A DNA stretch of 64,000 bases from an uncultured Prochlorococcus sp. (lineage in GTDB: Bacteria > Cyanobacteriota > Cyanobacteriia > PCC-6307 > Cyanobiaceae). Under the pieces are notes generated by a model. It saw only the letters and a program-made list of their open reading frames with translations. It made no database searches and was not told where the DNA came from. The translations under genes were made by a program, and so were the position numbers. The stretch lies in NCBI GenBank assembly GCA_902590355.1, contig CACIWI010000001.1, positions 1,723-65,722 on the forward strand, given 5' to 3'. Below, piece by piece: positions 50,692-61,924 of the stretch (positions within the stretch are counted from its first letter, which is position 1; each line of letters starts with the position of its first letter).

Positions 50692-51258
50692 CTAATTAAC
50701 TCCTATTAACTTTTGCCCATTCAATCTTTGAAGTAATCTTGAAATAATTAATTTAAGGGTAATTCTTTTTTCGTCAATAAGAAAAGATTCAATAATACTT
50801 GGTTTTTGATTAGGTTTTGATAAGGAAATACTTTTTAATGAACTAATATCATCTTTCTCAAAGGATAACCAAAAGTTACATGTATCTTTAATTTCACAAT
50901 TTATTACCCAACATTTATCTCCAGCAATAGGTCTGTTTGTGTTAGTGAGGTTAATATTGTTTATTTCTAATCCTCTTTGATTAATTTCCTCAGTAAGTGA
51001 GGGAATTAGGTGTATGTTAATAAATTCTTGGAAAGGTTTTTTCTCTACTGGGAGTTCTTTTTTGGGTTTTGTGATAGGTTTTTCGGAAGTATTAATTTCA
51101 TTTTTTATAACAACTTTAGTAGCAGAATCACCATTATTTACATCCATATTGATAACTTTTTCTGATTTAGGTCCTTTTATTTCCTCAGAGTTTGATTTAG
51201 TAGTGTTGTCAGATATTTCTTTATTTATTTCATTATTTTTGTCTAAATTTTCTTCCAT
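50692..51258 (-). CDS. DUF2996 (NdhV-like) protein
   Basis: EKKPF.EFI...ESFLIDEKRITL...RLNGQK. Confidence 0.75.
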   Translation of the reverse strand: MEENLDKNNEINKEISDNTTKSNSEEIKGPKSEKVINMDVNNGDSATKVVIKNEINTSEKPITKPKKELPVEKKPFQEFINIHLIPSLTEEINQRGLEINNINLTNTNRPIAGDKCWVINCEIKDTCNFWLSFEKDDISSLKSISLSKPNQKPSIIESFLIDEKRITLKLIISRLLQRLNGQKLIGVN

Positions 51259-51317
51259 AAAAAAAACTATTTATTCCATTATAAATTAAAAAAACATTTT
51301 TTAATTAAATTATTTTT

Positions 51318-51761
51318 CTACCAATCATTATCAGCATTATCCCAATCATCTTTAAGATCTTGATTTGAAGAACTTTGATCTTTTTTAAAATTATTATCAT
51401 TCATATTTTTGACTACTCTGTAATTAACAGAAATTGTTGGTTGAGTTTCTCTAATATCCCTTTGTGGCGGCATCTCAACGTTTGGTTCCATTTCTTCCTC
51501 ATAATTTTCAGATACGAAATCATTTTCCACATTTTCGAAAGTTTTTTTTCTGAAACTAGGACTAGTAATTGTTGTATTCAATAAAGTACTTACAAATAAA
51601 CCAGAAAAAAATGAAATACTTATTAACTTACCTATACTCACTTCTTGGAGAGTCCACTTGAAGTATCTAAATGAAGTCTTCTGATTATTATTTGTATATA
51701 ATAAAATTTGAAAAACTATTACTAAAAAAAGTGTTAATAATAAATATTTTTTCTTAAACAT
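51318..51761 (-). CDS. hypothetical membrane protein
   Basis: Two TMs; PPQRDIRE..PTISVNYRV motif. Confidence 0.7.
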   Translation of the reverse strand: MFKKKYLLLTLFLVIVFQILLYTNNNQKTSFRYFKWTLQEVSIGKLISISFFSGLFVSTLLNTTITSPSFRKKTFENVENDFVSENYEEEMEPNVEMPPQRDIRETQPTISVNYRVVKNMNDNNFKKDQSSSNQDLKDDWDNADNDW

Positions 51762-51826
51762 AAATTTAAAATTTATCTTAAATTTTTTTGGTTAATATTT
51801 CCATAATATATTTTGTGAGAATTGAT

Positions 51827-54049
51827 TTATGTTAATTCTAAATCAATTTGATATTTAAGAATATCGACTTTTATGATTTTTACTTCTATTGCATCTCCAA
51901 CTTTATATGATTTTTTAGATTTTCTTCCAATCAATAGATTTTGCCTTGATCTATATTCATACCAATCATTATTTAGAGTGCTGACGTGTACTAAACCCTC
52001 TACATTTAGTTCTGATATCTCAACAAAGAAACCATATGTTTGAACTGATAATATGAATCCACCATAAATATTACCTATTAACTTTTCTGCTTTTCTTACT
52101 TTTTTTATACTTATCATATTAGATTTATATTGGTTAACTTTATACTTGAATTCATTATGTTTATCTATTACAAACTTATTAAATAATGTTTCTAGATTCT
52201 TTGAAATTGATGAATTAAATATATCCCAATTTACTAAGTCTAATGAATTACTTTCCGATATATTGATTGCATTAATATTATTTTTCTTTGATTTCTTACC
52301 ATTTATTATCATATTAAAAATACAGTACTGGTTTATAAGATTAGTGAAGTCAAACCCAGGAACTGTCCATGGGGAAATAAATAATTTTTCTGATTCATCA
52401 TTATCAGGGTTTTTAGATATCAAACTTATTTCGCTGTCCTTAAGATCATTAATTAGAAGTTTATGTAGGATTCTTTTTTTATTATCATCGCCACATAATT
52501 TAATTACTTGACTAAATAACAAATTGCCATCTTCATTAAGCTCTATATCATTATCAATAAATTCTGAATATTTGATAATTTCATTTGCATTGACGTAATC
52601 TATTCCCTTTGAGATGTATCCTGCACTTTTTAAGCCATATTTATTTGAATGTTTGAACCATATTAAATTAGCCTCATATAGTATTGGCGAAAGAAAAGTT
52701 TGGCAATCTTCTTTGTTTAATGATTCAAAATATCCTTTTGAATATTCAGCTGGATTGTGAATAAAAAATTCTTCTAGTGTTTGTATTTTGTTGAGTGGCG
52801 CAGGAATTTCAACCTTACCCTCCAAAAGATGTTTTTGTCTAAATGAAAATGAAATTTCCAGTATTTTATCTAAATCTTCAATATATTCCTTTATGGGTTT
52901 TAATACCCGAGAGGTTATTCTTGATTTACTTTTTCTAGATAGAAGCGCGTCAGTATGATCACTTCCAACAATAAGAGAGCACTTTACAAAAGTGAGATGA
53001 AATGACCAATCAATTATTTCATTATCACTATTTAAATGTACACAGAGGCTTATCGCTTCGGTCTTTTCACCAAATTTAAATTCAGAATCATTTCTTATGG
53101 CTTCACTAAGGTAGTTTTCCCAATCATTTAATAAGGGTAATGATTCAAAACCATTTAATAATATTTCTAGAGATTTTTTACTATTAAGATCTACTATTTC
53201 TGCAAGATTATTTGTATGTATCCACAATTTAGTACTTTTATTTTTTTCCTGTTCTATTTGAATCATTGGCAGCATTGGAGAATTATTAGAATTCCAACTT
53301 TTGAATAAATAAGAGTTTTTATTTGTAAGGTCTATCCTCTCCCTTTTTTCTATTTTTTTTGATTCAATATGATTCAAATTGTATGACTTGGCGATATTGC
53401 TTTTAGATAAAACAAAGTCTGTATCATATTCCTCATTATTGCTTAGATTTAGTTCTTGTATCACACGACCTAAACCCTCTTCTTGACCTATAGGAAATCT
53501 ATCAATCTCAACTTTTACTATATTCTTATTGTCTGGATTGAAAGTGTATTTTTTATTCTCTTTTGGGAGCTTAATTTTAGAAAGGATCCTATCGTCTATT
53601 GGGATTGCATAAACATTATTGTTTATTATTTCAACCTTAGAAAGAAGTATTTGATTTGATCTTTCAAGAATACAATCAACTATTCCCTCAGGTGATCTTC
53701 TTCTATAACCCTCTTTTATTATCCTTACTAAAACTTTATCTCCATTCCATGCATAGTTAAGTAGATTTTCTTTGATGTAGATATCTTCTTTGTCTTTTCC
53801 TCTTACAGCAAAGCAATATCCTTTGCTACTACATCTTATTTTAGCGACAAGATGATCACTATCTTTTACGCAGGTATATTCATCATCTTCATTTTTATTA
53901 ATTATTTCAAGTTTTTCTAGAGCTCTTAAAGCAATATCTAATTTATCCTTATCAGATTTCTTTGTTATCTTTAATAATCTGCATAATTTTTTATATTCTA
54001 ACCCTTCTGACTGATTAAGATTATCAATTATTGAAGATGTTGTGAACAT
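51827..54049 (-). CDS. RNase II/R family (RNB + S1) protein, divergent
   Basis: N-terminal CSD (KGYCFA..DIYI...AWNGDKV), C-terminal S1 (YGFFVE..EGLVHVS). Confidence 0.85.
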   Translation of the reverse strand: MFTTSSIIDNLNQSEGLEYKKLCRLLKITKKSDKDKLDIALRALEKLEIINKNEDDEYTCVKDSDHLVAKIRCSSKGYCFAVRGKDKEDIYIKENLLNYAWNGDKVLVRIIKEGYRRRSPEGIVDCILERSNQILLSKVEIINNNVYAIPIDDRILSKIKLPKENKKYTFNPDNKNIVKVEIDRFPIGQEEGLGRVIQELNLSNNEEYDTDFVLSKSNIAKSYNLNHIESKKIEKRERIDLTNKNSYLFKSWNSNNSPMLPMIQIEQEKNKSTKLWIHTNNLAEIVDLNSKKSLEILLNGFESLPLLNDWENYLSEAIRNDSEFKFGEKTEAISLCVHLNSDNEIIDWSFHLTFVKCSLIVGSDHTDALLSRKSKSRITSRVLKPIKEYIEDLDKILEISFSFRQKHLLEGKVEIPAPLNKIQTLEEFFIHNPAEYSKGYFESLNKEDCQTFLSPILYEANLIWFKHSNKYGLKSAGYISKGIDYVNANEIIKYSEFIDNDIELNEDGNLLFSQVIKLCGDDNKKRILHKLLINDLKDSEISLISKNPDNDESEKLFISPWTVPGFDFTNLINQYCIFNMIINGKKSKKNNINAINISESNSLDLVNWDIFNSSISKNLETLFNKFVIDKHNEFKYKVNQYKSNMISIKKVRKAEKLIGNIYGGFILSVQTYGFFVEISELNVEGLVHVSTLNNDWYEYRSRQNLLIGRKSKKSYKVGDAIEVKIIKVDILKYQIDLELT

Positions 54050-54121
54050 GATCTAAATGTAATTATAAATTAATTTAGGTGTATATACTTCATTATTACA
54101 CCTTATTAACCAAGCTTAAAA

Positions 54122-54433
54122 CTAATTATTTTCTTTCTCTTCTTTTTCTTCTTTAGCGATGGTGAAAGAGTTGATAAAAAGCCTTATACCAATAATAAAA
54201 AATGTAATGGAGGCTATTGACTTAAGAACTACTTCGGGTAAAAAACTTGAAATAGAGCCGCCTGTCAAAGCTCCAAGTAAACTTGCAAAAACAAGTGCTG
54301 AAGAGGATCCTAGAAAAACTGCTAATGGTTTATTTGAAGTGCCGCTTATAGTTAAAGTAGCTAGTTGAGTTTTGTCACCTAATTCAGCTATGAAAACGGT
54401 TAGAAATGTTGATAGTAATAAACTTAAAACCAT
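54122..54433 (-). CDS. TMEM165/GDT1 family half-transporter
   Basis: AELGDKTQ motif. Confidence 0.9.
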   Translation of the reverse strand: MVLSLLLSTFLTVFIAELGDKTQLATLTISGTSNKPLAVFLGSSSALVFASLLGALTGGSISSFLPEVVLKSIASITFFIIGIRLFINSFTIAKEEKEEKENN

Positions 54434-54760
54434 TTATAAATAATTTTTGAAAGTTTCATAAGTTAAAAATATACTTATCAATATCATTAAAGTGCCAGTA
54501 GATAAAGCAAACTTGCTAGGAGATATTTTTTTTGATACCCATTTACCAATAAGAACTCCTACTATGCTAGAGCTTATTAATGCAAGAGAGCTTCCAAGAA
54601 AAACAATTATTGGCCTGCCCGATTCAGCAGAAAGCATTAATGTAGCTATCTGAGTTTTATCGCCAAGTTCAGCAATAAAAATCGTTGTAAAAGTCGTTAT
54701 AAATATAGAAAAAAAACTTTTTTCTATATTATTTTCATTTTTTTCTAATTTACTATTCAT
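54434..54760 (-). CDS. TMEM165/GDT1 family half-transporter
   Basis: AELGDKTQ motif. Confidence 0.9.
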   Translation of the reverse strand: MNSKLEKNENNIEKSFFSIFITTFTTIFIAELGDKTQIATLMLSAESGRPIIVFLGSSLALISSSIVGVLIGKWVSKKISPSKFALSTGTLMILISIFLTYETFKNYL

Positions 54761-55104
54761 TTTCCTGAAATAGCAATTTTAAAAGTTTTCATCTCTTTGC
54801 TTTGGTATCCATAATTTGATGAAATATGTTGTTTGCAGCAATCTATTAAAAATTTGTCACCAGATTTCAAATATCCTTTAAATGTAGTTGAAAATTCATT
54901 TACCCGGCAAAAATGTGGTCTAGTTTCATAAATTAAGCATTTTTTATTTTCTCTGTCTAGGTTTTTACACCAACCGTCTTTAGCAGTCATCGAATTTATC
55001 AAAGCTATATCTTCTTTGTTAAGTTTGTCTGCCAAATCGTTTCTTTCGTTCAAGCCGAATTTACAACAAGCTCCACAATTTTCTATACATGTCCATGATT
55101 TCAT
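54757..55104 (-). CDS. YkgJ family cysteine-cluster protein
   Basis: C...CGACC...C...C.IYETRP.FC. Confidence 0.88.
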   Translation of the reverse strand: MKSWTCIENCGACCKFGLNERNDLADKLNKEDIALINSMTAKDGWCKNLDRENKKCLIYETRPHFCRVNEFSTTFKGYLKSGDKFLIDCCKQHISSNYGYQSKEMKTFKIAISGK

Positions 55105-55186
55105 AATTTAATTCAATCTTGTAACGTATCAGTACAGTTTCTTCATTTATTTGTAAAAATAGTATCACAAAACATATTCATTAATC

Positions 55187-55264
55187 ATGGCAACCCTTAT
55201 TCCTTTGGCTGTAGTTGCGTTAGCAGGACCAGCAATAATCGCTCTTGTATTTTACCGCAAATAA
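55187..55264 (+). CDS. psb30: photosystem II Psb30 (Ycf12)
   Basis: MATLIPLAVVALAGPAIIALVFYRK. Confidence 0.82.
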   Translation: MATLIPLAVVALAGPAIIALVFYRK

Positions 55265-55276
55265 AAGAAATTCTTT

Positions 55277-56041
55277 TTGGTGACTTATCTGGAGGGTGTT
55301 TATTGGGATTTAGATGGTACCATCGCAAATACTGAATTAGAGGCCCATTTACCTGCTTTTAATAATGCTTTTAGTGACCTTGATATTGATTGGGATTGGG
55401 ATACTAGTACATATATAGAACTTCTGAAGATAAATGGGGGCAAAAATAGGATTGCTTATTACGCTAAATCTAATAAATATAATTTCACAGAAGATTTTAT
55501 TCTCAAAATTCATGAAACAAAGCAGTTTCATTATTTAGAAATTATAAAAAAAAATTGTGTTAGTTTAAAAACTGGTGTTTTTAGATTAATAAATGAATTA
55601 CATAAAAAGAAAGTAAGACAATTTATTGTTACTTCTAGTTCAAGAATTCAAGTCAATCTACTTGTGGATTATCTTTTTAATGGATTCAACCCTTTTGAGT
55701 TCATTATTTCAAGCGAAGACGTCGAATTAAAGAAACCAAATCCACTACCGTATTTAAAGGCAATCCAATTAAGTGGTATAAACAAAAACAACTCAATTGT
55801 TTTTGAAGATTCTAATCCAGGATTGAAATCTTCCTTGGCAGCTAACTTACCAACAATTTTTATTCCTTCAAATATCCCAATTGTTCTTGAGGAAAATATT
55901 AAATTAGATTGTATTTTAGACAGTCTTGGTGATCAGGATAATGTGGCAAATGTAATTAAAGGCCCTAAACTAAAAAAACCATATGTTGACTATAACTTTC
56001 TTAGTGATTATTTAGTGTCTTTTAGTAATGCAAAAAACTAA
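55277..56041 (+). CDS. HAD-superfamily hydrolase, CbbY-like
   Basis: WDLDGT, KKPNP, FEDS. Confidence 0.88.
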   Translation: MVTYLEGVYWDLDGTIANTELEAHLPAFNNAFSDLDIDWDWDTSTYIELLKINGGKNRIAYYAKSNKYNFTEDFILKIHETKQFHYLEIIKKNCVSLKTGVFRLINELHKKKVRQFIVTSSSRIQVNLLVDYLFNGFNPFEFIISSEDVELKKPNPLPYLKAIQLSGINKNNSIVFEDSNPGLKSSLAANLPTIFIPSNIPIVLEENIKLDCILDSLGDQDNVANVIKGPKLKKPYVDYNFLSDYLVSFSNAKN

Positions 56042-56354
56042 TTTTTCAAAAATTACCTACCAGCTTAATAAATTATTTTTTGGTTTTCTAAGTGATACTT
56101 GGAAAACAAAATCTATTGGTCTAATTTCTGTTTTGACAGGTTATTTTTTGTTCGCAAATTTTATTACAAAATTTATATCTGAAGGTAAAAATGAGTTGAT
56201 AATGGTCCCAATTATTATTATTTTTATTGAAATCATTATAAGAATTAAACCTGACGCAAGTTCAAAATTTTATTATCTATGGACCGTAGTTGATAAATTA
56301 AGAATTGGTGCAATTTATGCCGTTATACTTGAAGCATTTAAATTAGGATCTTAA
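56028..56354 (+). CDS. DUF565/Ycf20 family protein
   Basis: C-terminal LEAFKLGS. Confidence 0.85.
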   Translation: MQKTNFSKITYQLNKLFFGFLSDTWKTKSIGLISVLTGYFLFANFITKFISEGKNELIMVPIIIIFIEIIIRIKPDASSKFYYLWTVVDKLRIGAIYAVILEAFKLGS

Positions 56355-56357
56355 AAG

Positions 56358-56528
56358 CTACTCTTCTTCTTCTTCTTCAATAGGATAAACAAATCCTTGA
56401 GCTTTCCCAGTTAAAACTGATTTACCTAGAGATATAGCTTTTTGAGCTGCTATTGCTGCTTTTCCTTTCCAAACAGCGTGCCTTTGGTTCCTTTTGCTTT
56501 TTGATTTTTTCTTCTTTGGTACAGCCAT
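56358..56528 (-). CDS. rpmF: 50S ribosomal protein L32
   Basis: [24 protein letters not shown]... Confidence 0.95.
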   Translation of the reverse strand: MAVPKKKKSKSKRNQRHAVWKGKAAIAAQKAISLGKSVLTGKAQGFVYPIEEEEEE

Positions 56529-56659
56529 TCTGTTTCTTTATTTCCTTATAATAATATAACCTTAAACTGGTTATCTCCAAAACTTTTGAGTATATTTTGT
56601 TTATATACGTCAATTTTTTAAATAAGCATATATGCTTTATTAATCACTTATAAAGATTA

Positions 56660-58414
56660 GTGTTTAGATCAAAATTCTCATATTCAGATTCTAAATCAAG
56701 TTATTCGGATCTTCTAGAAGATATAGAGACGGGGAAAATAGAATCAATATTTTTCTATCCAAGAAAGAGAGAAATTGATGTTCTGTATAAAAATGGCGAT
56801 AAATTTAAAATACCTGTCCTTTACAACGATCAATTAATCCTTGAAAAGGCTACTGAAAATAAGGTAGATCTAACTATTAACAATAGTAGAAAAGAGGCCT
56901 CAGCTGCTAATTCATTTGCTTCAATAAGTCTTTTCTTGATTTTCATATTAGCTATAGTCTTAATCTTGAGGAGTACATCAAAATTGGCTTCCAGAGCTTT
57001 TGGTTTTACCAAAAATCAAGCTAAATTTGTAACTATTGATGATGTAGAAACCAGATTCGATGATGTGGCTGGCGTCCCTGAAGCCGCTGAGGAATTAAAA
57101 GAGGTAATAACATTTTTGAAAGAACCAAAGAAATTTGAAAATCTTGGAGCAAAAGTTCCTAAGGGAGTTCTTCTAATAGGCCCACCAGGAACAGGTAAAA
57201 CATTATTAGCTAAAGCAATTGCTGGTGAATCAGGAGTGCCTTTTCTCTCAATATCTGCATCAGAGTTTGTAGAACTTTTTGTTGGTGTTGGAGCAAGCCG
57301 AGTTCGTGATCTGTTCTCTAAGGCTAAGGAAAAATCCCCTTGTATAATTTTCATTGATGAAATTGATTCTATTGGTAGGCAAAGAGGGTCTGGGATCGGA
57401 GGTGGAAATGATGAAAGAGAACAAACCCTTAATCAGCTTCTAACTGAATTAGATGGTTTTGCTGATAATTCTGGGATTATTGTTTTAGCAGCAACAAATA
57501 GACCAGATATTTTGGATGCAGCATTATTAAGACCAGGTAGATTTGATAGGAAAATTGAAGTAATGCTTCCAGATTTAGATGGAAGAAAAAAAATTCTTTC
57601 AGTTCACTCACTTTCCAAACCACTTTCAAGCGAAGTCGACTTAGGATATTGGGCTTCTAGAACAGTTGGATTTTCGGGCGCAGATCTTGCAAACTTGATG
57701 AATGAGAGTGCTATACACTGTGCAAGAGACGAATCTAAATTAATCAGTGATCTTCATATAGAAAATGCTCTTGATAAAATTACCATTGGCCTGAGAAGCT
57801 CATTAATAACTTCTCCTAACATGAAAAAAATTATTGCTTATAACGAAGTAGGTAGAGCAATTGTATCTGCTGTGAGAAATGGAATTGAATCAGTTGATAA
57901 GATTACGATTTTACCTAGATCTGGATCTATAGGAGGATATACAAAAATATCCCCTGACGAAGATGTAATTTCTAGTGGATTGATTTCAAAAAAATTATTA
58001 TTTTCAAAAATTGAAATTGCTCTAGCTGGAAGAGCAGCAGAAACGATAGTTTTTGGTGAAGCTGAAATTACACAATGCTCCATAAATGATATCTCTTATG
58101 CGACAAATATCGTAAGGGAAATGGTTACAAAATATGGATTTTCAATTATTGGTCCAATTTCAATGGATTCTGATAATAATGAAATGTATTTAGGAGATGG
58201 ATTATTTAGAAAAAAGCCTCTCATAGCAGAAAATACCAGTTCTAGAATAGATAATGAAATCATAAATATTTCTAAAATTTCATTAAATAATTCAATAAAA
58301 ATATTGAAAAAAAATAGAGTCTTACTAGATAAATTAGTTGATATACTCGTAAATCAAGAAACTATAGATAAAGAAGTTTTTAAATTAACAACTTCTAAAT
58401 TGTTGAAAGTTTGA
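56660..58414 (+). CDS. ftsH: FtsH-family AAA+ protein
   Basis: [35 protein letters not shown]; HEXXH replaced by NEVGR. Confidence 0.92.
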   Translation: MFRSKFSYSDSKSSYSDLLEDIETGKIESIFFYPRKREIDVLYKNGDKFKIPVLYNDQLILEKATENKVDLTINNSRKEASAANSFASISLFLIFILAIVLILRSTSKLASRAFGFTKNQAKFVTIDDVETRFDDVAGVPEAAEELKEVITFLKEPKKFENLGAKVPKGVLLIGPPGTGKTLLAKAIAGESGVPFLSISASEFVELFVGVGASRVRDLFSKAKEKSPCIIFIDEIDSIGRQRGSGIGGGNDEREQTLNQLLTELDGFADNSGIIVLAATNRPDILDAALLRPGRFDRKIEVMLPDLDGRKKILSVHSLSKPLSSEVDLGYWASRTVGFSGADLANLMNESAIHCARDESKLISDLHIENALDKITIGLRSSLITSPNMKKIIAYNEVGRAIVSAVRNGIESVDKITILPRSGSIGGYTKISPDEDVISSGLISKKLLFSKIEIALAGRAAETIVFGEAEITQCSINDISYATNIVREMVTKYGFSIIGPISMDSDNNEMYLGDGLFRKKPLIAENTSSRIDNEIINISKISLNNSIKILKKNRVLLDKLVDILVNQETIDKEVFKLTTSKLLKV

Positions 58415-58446
58415 TTTAATTGTTTTAAATTAAAAAAAATTTTTTC

Positions 58447-59199
58447 TTGATAATTAAAAACAATACAACGAAGACATTAGTTACACTTTCATTTTTACTT
58501 ATTCTTCCATTTGTACAAAAACAATGGTTTAATTTGTATTCTCTCAATAATAATGATATTTCCTTTTATTCAATCCTTTACTATTTGAGCGGTGTAATAT
58601 GCCCATCTTTAGTGTGTTTAAACTCTTTAAAAAACTATACACATTATAATTTTAATAAGGATAATATTCATAGTATAAAAATAATTAACGGAAAAAGATT
58701 ATTATTCTTAGTAGCAATAAATTTAATATTTCTCTCTTACTTAATAGCAGATTATATATATATAAATCTTGATCTTACGTTTAACTTATTTCTTGAAGGA
58801 ATTAATTTACCGAAACCGGATATTCCACATTTAAGTTTTTTCATATTTTTAATTTCTATTTTATTAATTTTTAAGAAATCTAGGTTTCTGTTAAAAAAAA
58901 TAATATTGGTAAATTTTATTTTGATTTCTCTCTATATTTGGCATCTTCAAATTAATAATATTAGTGTTAATGATCAGTTTCATATTTTTAGATATCTTGG
59001 TTTAAATAACTTAAATTTAATTAATCTTTGTATTCTAGTCTCCATAGAAATTTCATTTTATACGTGGTCCTTCATATCATATAAAACTAATTTAAGCGAT
59101 TGGATCGTGCCAAAACCTCAAAAAGGGGATGTTATCCCCTTTTTGAATATATTAATTTTTTATTTTTTTATAATAATTTACTACTCAATACTTACTTAA
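58447..59199 (+). CDS. hypothetical membrane protein
   Basis: 250 aa multi-TM. Confidence 0.65.
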   Translation: MIIKNNTTKTLVTLSFLLILPFVQKQWFNLYSLNNNDISFYSILYYLSGVICPSLVCLNSLKNYTHYNFNKDNIHSIKIINGKRLLFLVAINLIFLSYLIADYIYINLDLTFNLFLEGINLPKPDIPHLSFFIFLISILLIFKKSRFLLKKIILVNFILISLYIWHLQINNISVNDQFHIFRYLGLNNLNLINLCILVSIEISFYTWSFISYKTNLSDWIVPKPQKGDVIPFLNILIFYFFIIIYYSILT

Positions 59200-59214
59200 A
59201 TATTTCTAATCCTT

Positions 59215-59799
59215 CTATAGCGCAGAAAAATACTCCTTACTGCCTTTAGGATCCTCTAACATTGTTTTCTCCCCAGGGGTCCAGTTGGCTGGACATACTT
59301 CATCGGGGTTTGCCGCAACGTATTGATAACCTTGAAGAATCCTTAGCGTTTCATCAACATTTCTACCTACAGGAGCCTTGTTAACAGTCGTATGCATAAC
59401 TACTCCTTCGGGATTGATAAGAAATAAACCTCTATCGGCCTCTCCATCATCATTGAGAACATTGTACGCCTGGCAAATTTCTCTTTTTAAGTCAGAAACT
59501 AACGGGTAGTTAATATCACCTATTCCGCCTTCATTTCTTGGGGTTTGTATCCAAGCCAAATGACAGTGTTTGCTATCAACTGATACCCCAAGTATTTCAG
59601 TATTAAGAGCTGAGAAATCTTGGTATCTATCACTAAATGCAGTGATTTCAGTTGGGCATACAAATGTAAAATCTAGTGGGTAAAAGAATAAAACAACCCA
59701 TTTACCTCTTAGACCTGAAAGTGTAATCTCCTTAAACTCTTGATCATATACTGCTGTAGCACTAAAGTCTGGTGCTTCTTGGCCAACTCTTAAGCTCAT
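59215..59799 (-). CDS. 2-Cys peroxiredoxin (AhpC/TSA)
   Basis: [13 protein letters not shown] and EVCPANW. Confidence 0.97.
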   Translation of the reverse strand: MSLRVGQEAPDFSATAVYDQEFKEITLSGLRGKWVVLFFYPLDFTFVCPTEITAFSDRYQDFSALNTEILGVSVDSKHCHLAWIQTPRNEGGIGDINYPLVSDLKREICQAYNVLNDDGEADRGLFLINPEGVVMHTTVNKAPVGRNVDETLRILQGYQYVAANPDEVCPANWTPGEKTMLEDPKGSKEYFSAL

Positions 59800-60101
59800 G
59801 AAAAAATTTGTCCTTATTTAAAATATGTATGGTCTGAATGACCGTAGTAAGTATTATAATTTTATTAATAATGAATTAGCAAGTTTTTTTTTAATTCAAT
59901 GAAATGGCATTATTCCTTTACAAGAAAATTTACAATTTTGAATCATAATAAACTTTTAAAAAATCTCAAAAAGGAGTTAATTAAATATCCCATCAACAGG
60001 CTTGACAATAAAAATTCGAATTAAAAGATTTTTATTTTATTTAAGATTCCTTTAAATTCAACTCTCTATAATCAGAGATATTATCTTTAGTATTTTTAAT
60101 A

Positions 60102-60260
60102 ATGGGTAAATATATTGAAAGACTAAAGGAAAAAATTAAGATAAAAAAATTTGATTCTAATCAGCCAATTGGAGCTTGGATTTTCGTTGTAATTTTGAAT
60201 ATAGTTGGATTTGCGGGTTATTTTTACTTAAAGGTAAATCATATACAACTAGGTAGTTAA
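60102..60260 (+). CDS. small single-TM protein (52 aa)
   Basis: Hand-translated MGKYIERLKEK...GAWIFVVILNIVGFAGYFYL. Confidence 0.5.
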   Translation: MGKYIERLKEKIKIKKFDSNQPIGAWIFVVILNIVGFAGYFYLKVNHIQLGS

Positions 60261-60264
60261 AAAC

Positions 60265-60486
60265 TTATCTTATTTCCTTTTTAATTGAGCGACAAAAATT
60301 TTTTAGTCTTTCATTTCTCGTTAAGTCAGGTAAAGTCCAAATTGATTCTGTCTCAGGTAATGGATCTTTGCTCCATTCTTTGAATTCTTCCATTATCGAA
60401 GCATTATTTAATTTTGATGTATATTTTTTTCGTTTTTTTAAATATTGTCTTATCACTGTAAGATTTTCCTTAATATATTCCCTCAT
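60265..60486 (-). CDS. hypothetical protein
   Basis: 73 aa ORF. Confidence 0.55.
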   Translation of the reverse strand: MREYIKENLTVIRQYLKKRKKYTSKLNNASIMEEFKEWSKDPLPETESIWTLPDLTRNERLKNFCRSIKKEIR

Positions 60487-60549
60487 GATAAATACTTAGT
60501 CTTGTAATAATTTATCATCTAGCAAGTTCTGCTTTGAAGAAAAGATTAA

Positions 60550-60720
60550 TTAGACATTTTGAACTGCTTGAAAAAGTCCAAATGAATAACCTCCTATTAA
60601 AATCCATCCAAGTACACTTGAGATTATTGTAGATCTTCTATTGTGTCTCCTTAATGCGGATTCAATCATTTCATTAACTTCTTCTCTATTAAGATATTCG
60701 TTCTTGGAATTTTTTTTCAT
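60550..60720 (-). CDS. small TM protein (56 aa)
   Basis: EEVNEMIESALRRHNRRSTIISSVLGWILIGGY. Confidence 0.65.
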   Translation of the reverse strand: MKKNSKNEYLNREEVNEMIESALRRHNRRSTIISSVLGWILIGGYSFGLFQAVQNV

Positions 60721-60914
60721 TTTTTATTTTAGAATAAACGAATTTATAAGAAAGTGAGCTAAAGATTTTTAATTATCAGTAAGAGTTTTATTTTTGATGA
60801 TTTTTTAAATGTTTATTATTTTTGTCAATAAAATAAATATGAAATTTTAAAAGTAAATTTTAAAAATACAATATAAGATAAAGGAATTAAAGAATCATAG
60901 TTTTTATACAAACA

Positions 60915-61091
60915 ATGAATATTAATGATAAATCTGTTTTAGAAATGCTTAATAAACTTATTGCTATTAATAGGCTAAATAAAACTCAAATTCTTCAAAT
61001 GGTGAATTTAGTTTCAATATCAAATGATTTTAATGATTTAAAGGATAATTTGAAATGGGAAAGTTCTAAATCATTTCATCAAAATATTTAA
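60915..61091 (+). CDS. small hypothetical protein (58 aa)
   Basis: Hand-translated MNINDKSVLEMLNKLIAINRL... Confidence 0.5.
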   Translation: MNINDKSVLEMLNKLIAINRLNKTQILQMVNLVSISNDFNDLKDNLKWESSKSFHQNI

Positions 61092-61199
61092 AATAAAAAA
61101 CTCTTTGTTTGATGATTATGAATTCTTTAATTTATATAAAAGATAAATAATATTTAAACTAATTAATTAAGAGTTTTATAAATAATTTATATAAGCTAT

Positions 61200-61358
61200 T
61201 CAAATTAATTTCTTATAAGTAACTTCCGCTTGAATACTATAGTTATGTGTTGTTTTCTTATCCTTGCTAAATGATTTAATTAATATAGTAGAAATGATGA
61301 TTATTATTAGTATTATTAGTAAATCCCCAATAGTAATTCCTCTCTCCTTAAGATTCAT
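61200..61358 (-). CDS. small protein with prepilin-like N-terminus
   Basis: MNLKERG-ITIGDLLIILIIII resembles a class III signal peptide. Confidence 0.5.
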   Translation of the reverse strand: MNLKERGITIGDLLIILIIIIISTILIKSFSKDKKTTHNYSIQAEVTYKKLI

Positions 61359-61696
61359 AATAAAAGCCATATTTTGTTTAAATATAGCCTTTTTTATTTG
61401 ATAAACTAATATTTTTAACAAACGTGCTAAAAATATATATTAAGGAAATATAAAGAGAATATAAAGAAATAAAGACTATAACCTTTTGAGTCATATAAAA
61501 AAAGTAGATAAATCGATTATATGGAAGACAAAAAAAAGTTTAGTAGTTCTAATACTCCTGATTTTTTCTCTAAAGAAATGGTTATCACAAAAAAATCACT
61601 TAACGAAAATCAACTCAAATTTACTTATCAAAAGAAGTTAATCTCAGATTTAGATTATAAGCACAAGGAATGGTCAAGATCGATTGACAGTAAATT

Positions 61697-61849
61697 TTAA
61701 AAGCTTTCATTGATTATATTTAAAAGTTTATTTCTTTTATATGTATTTTTCTCTTCCCAAAGAATTGTTACTTCATCATTAATGAAAGGTTTTGCATCAT
61801 AAGCTAGATACCAAAGAATAAATCCGGCAGGAAATATTAAGATATGCAT
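61697..61849 (-). CDS. small hypothetical protein (50 aa)
   Basis: MHILIFPAGFILWYLAYDAKP... Confidence 0.5.
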   Translation of the reverse strand: MHILIFPAGFILWYLAYDAKPFINDEVTILWEEKNTYKRNKLLNIINESF

Positions 61850-61924
61850 AGCAAAATTAGTTGACTTAAATTAAATATAGTGCAACACTTGTAATGTGCA
61901 AGTGTGACACGAATTTTTTTAATT

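Noticed and set aside
27705-58083. Many 60-120 aa antisense or overlapping ORFs within carB, chlH, mfd, tldD, ftsH and others
   Set aside because: Shadow frames of well-supported core genes with no motifs.
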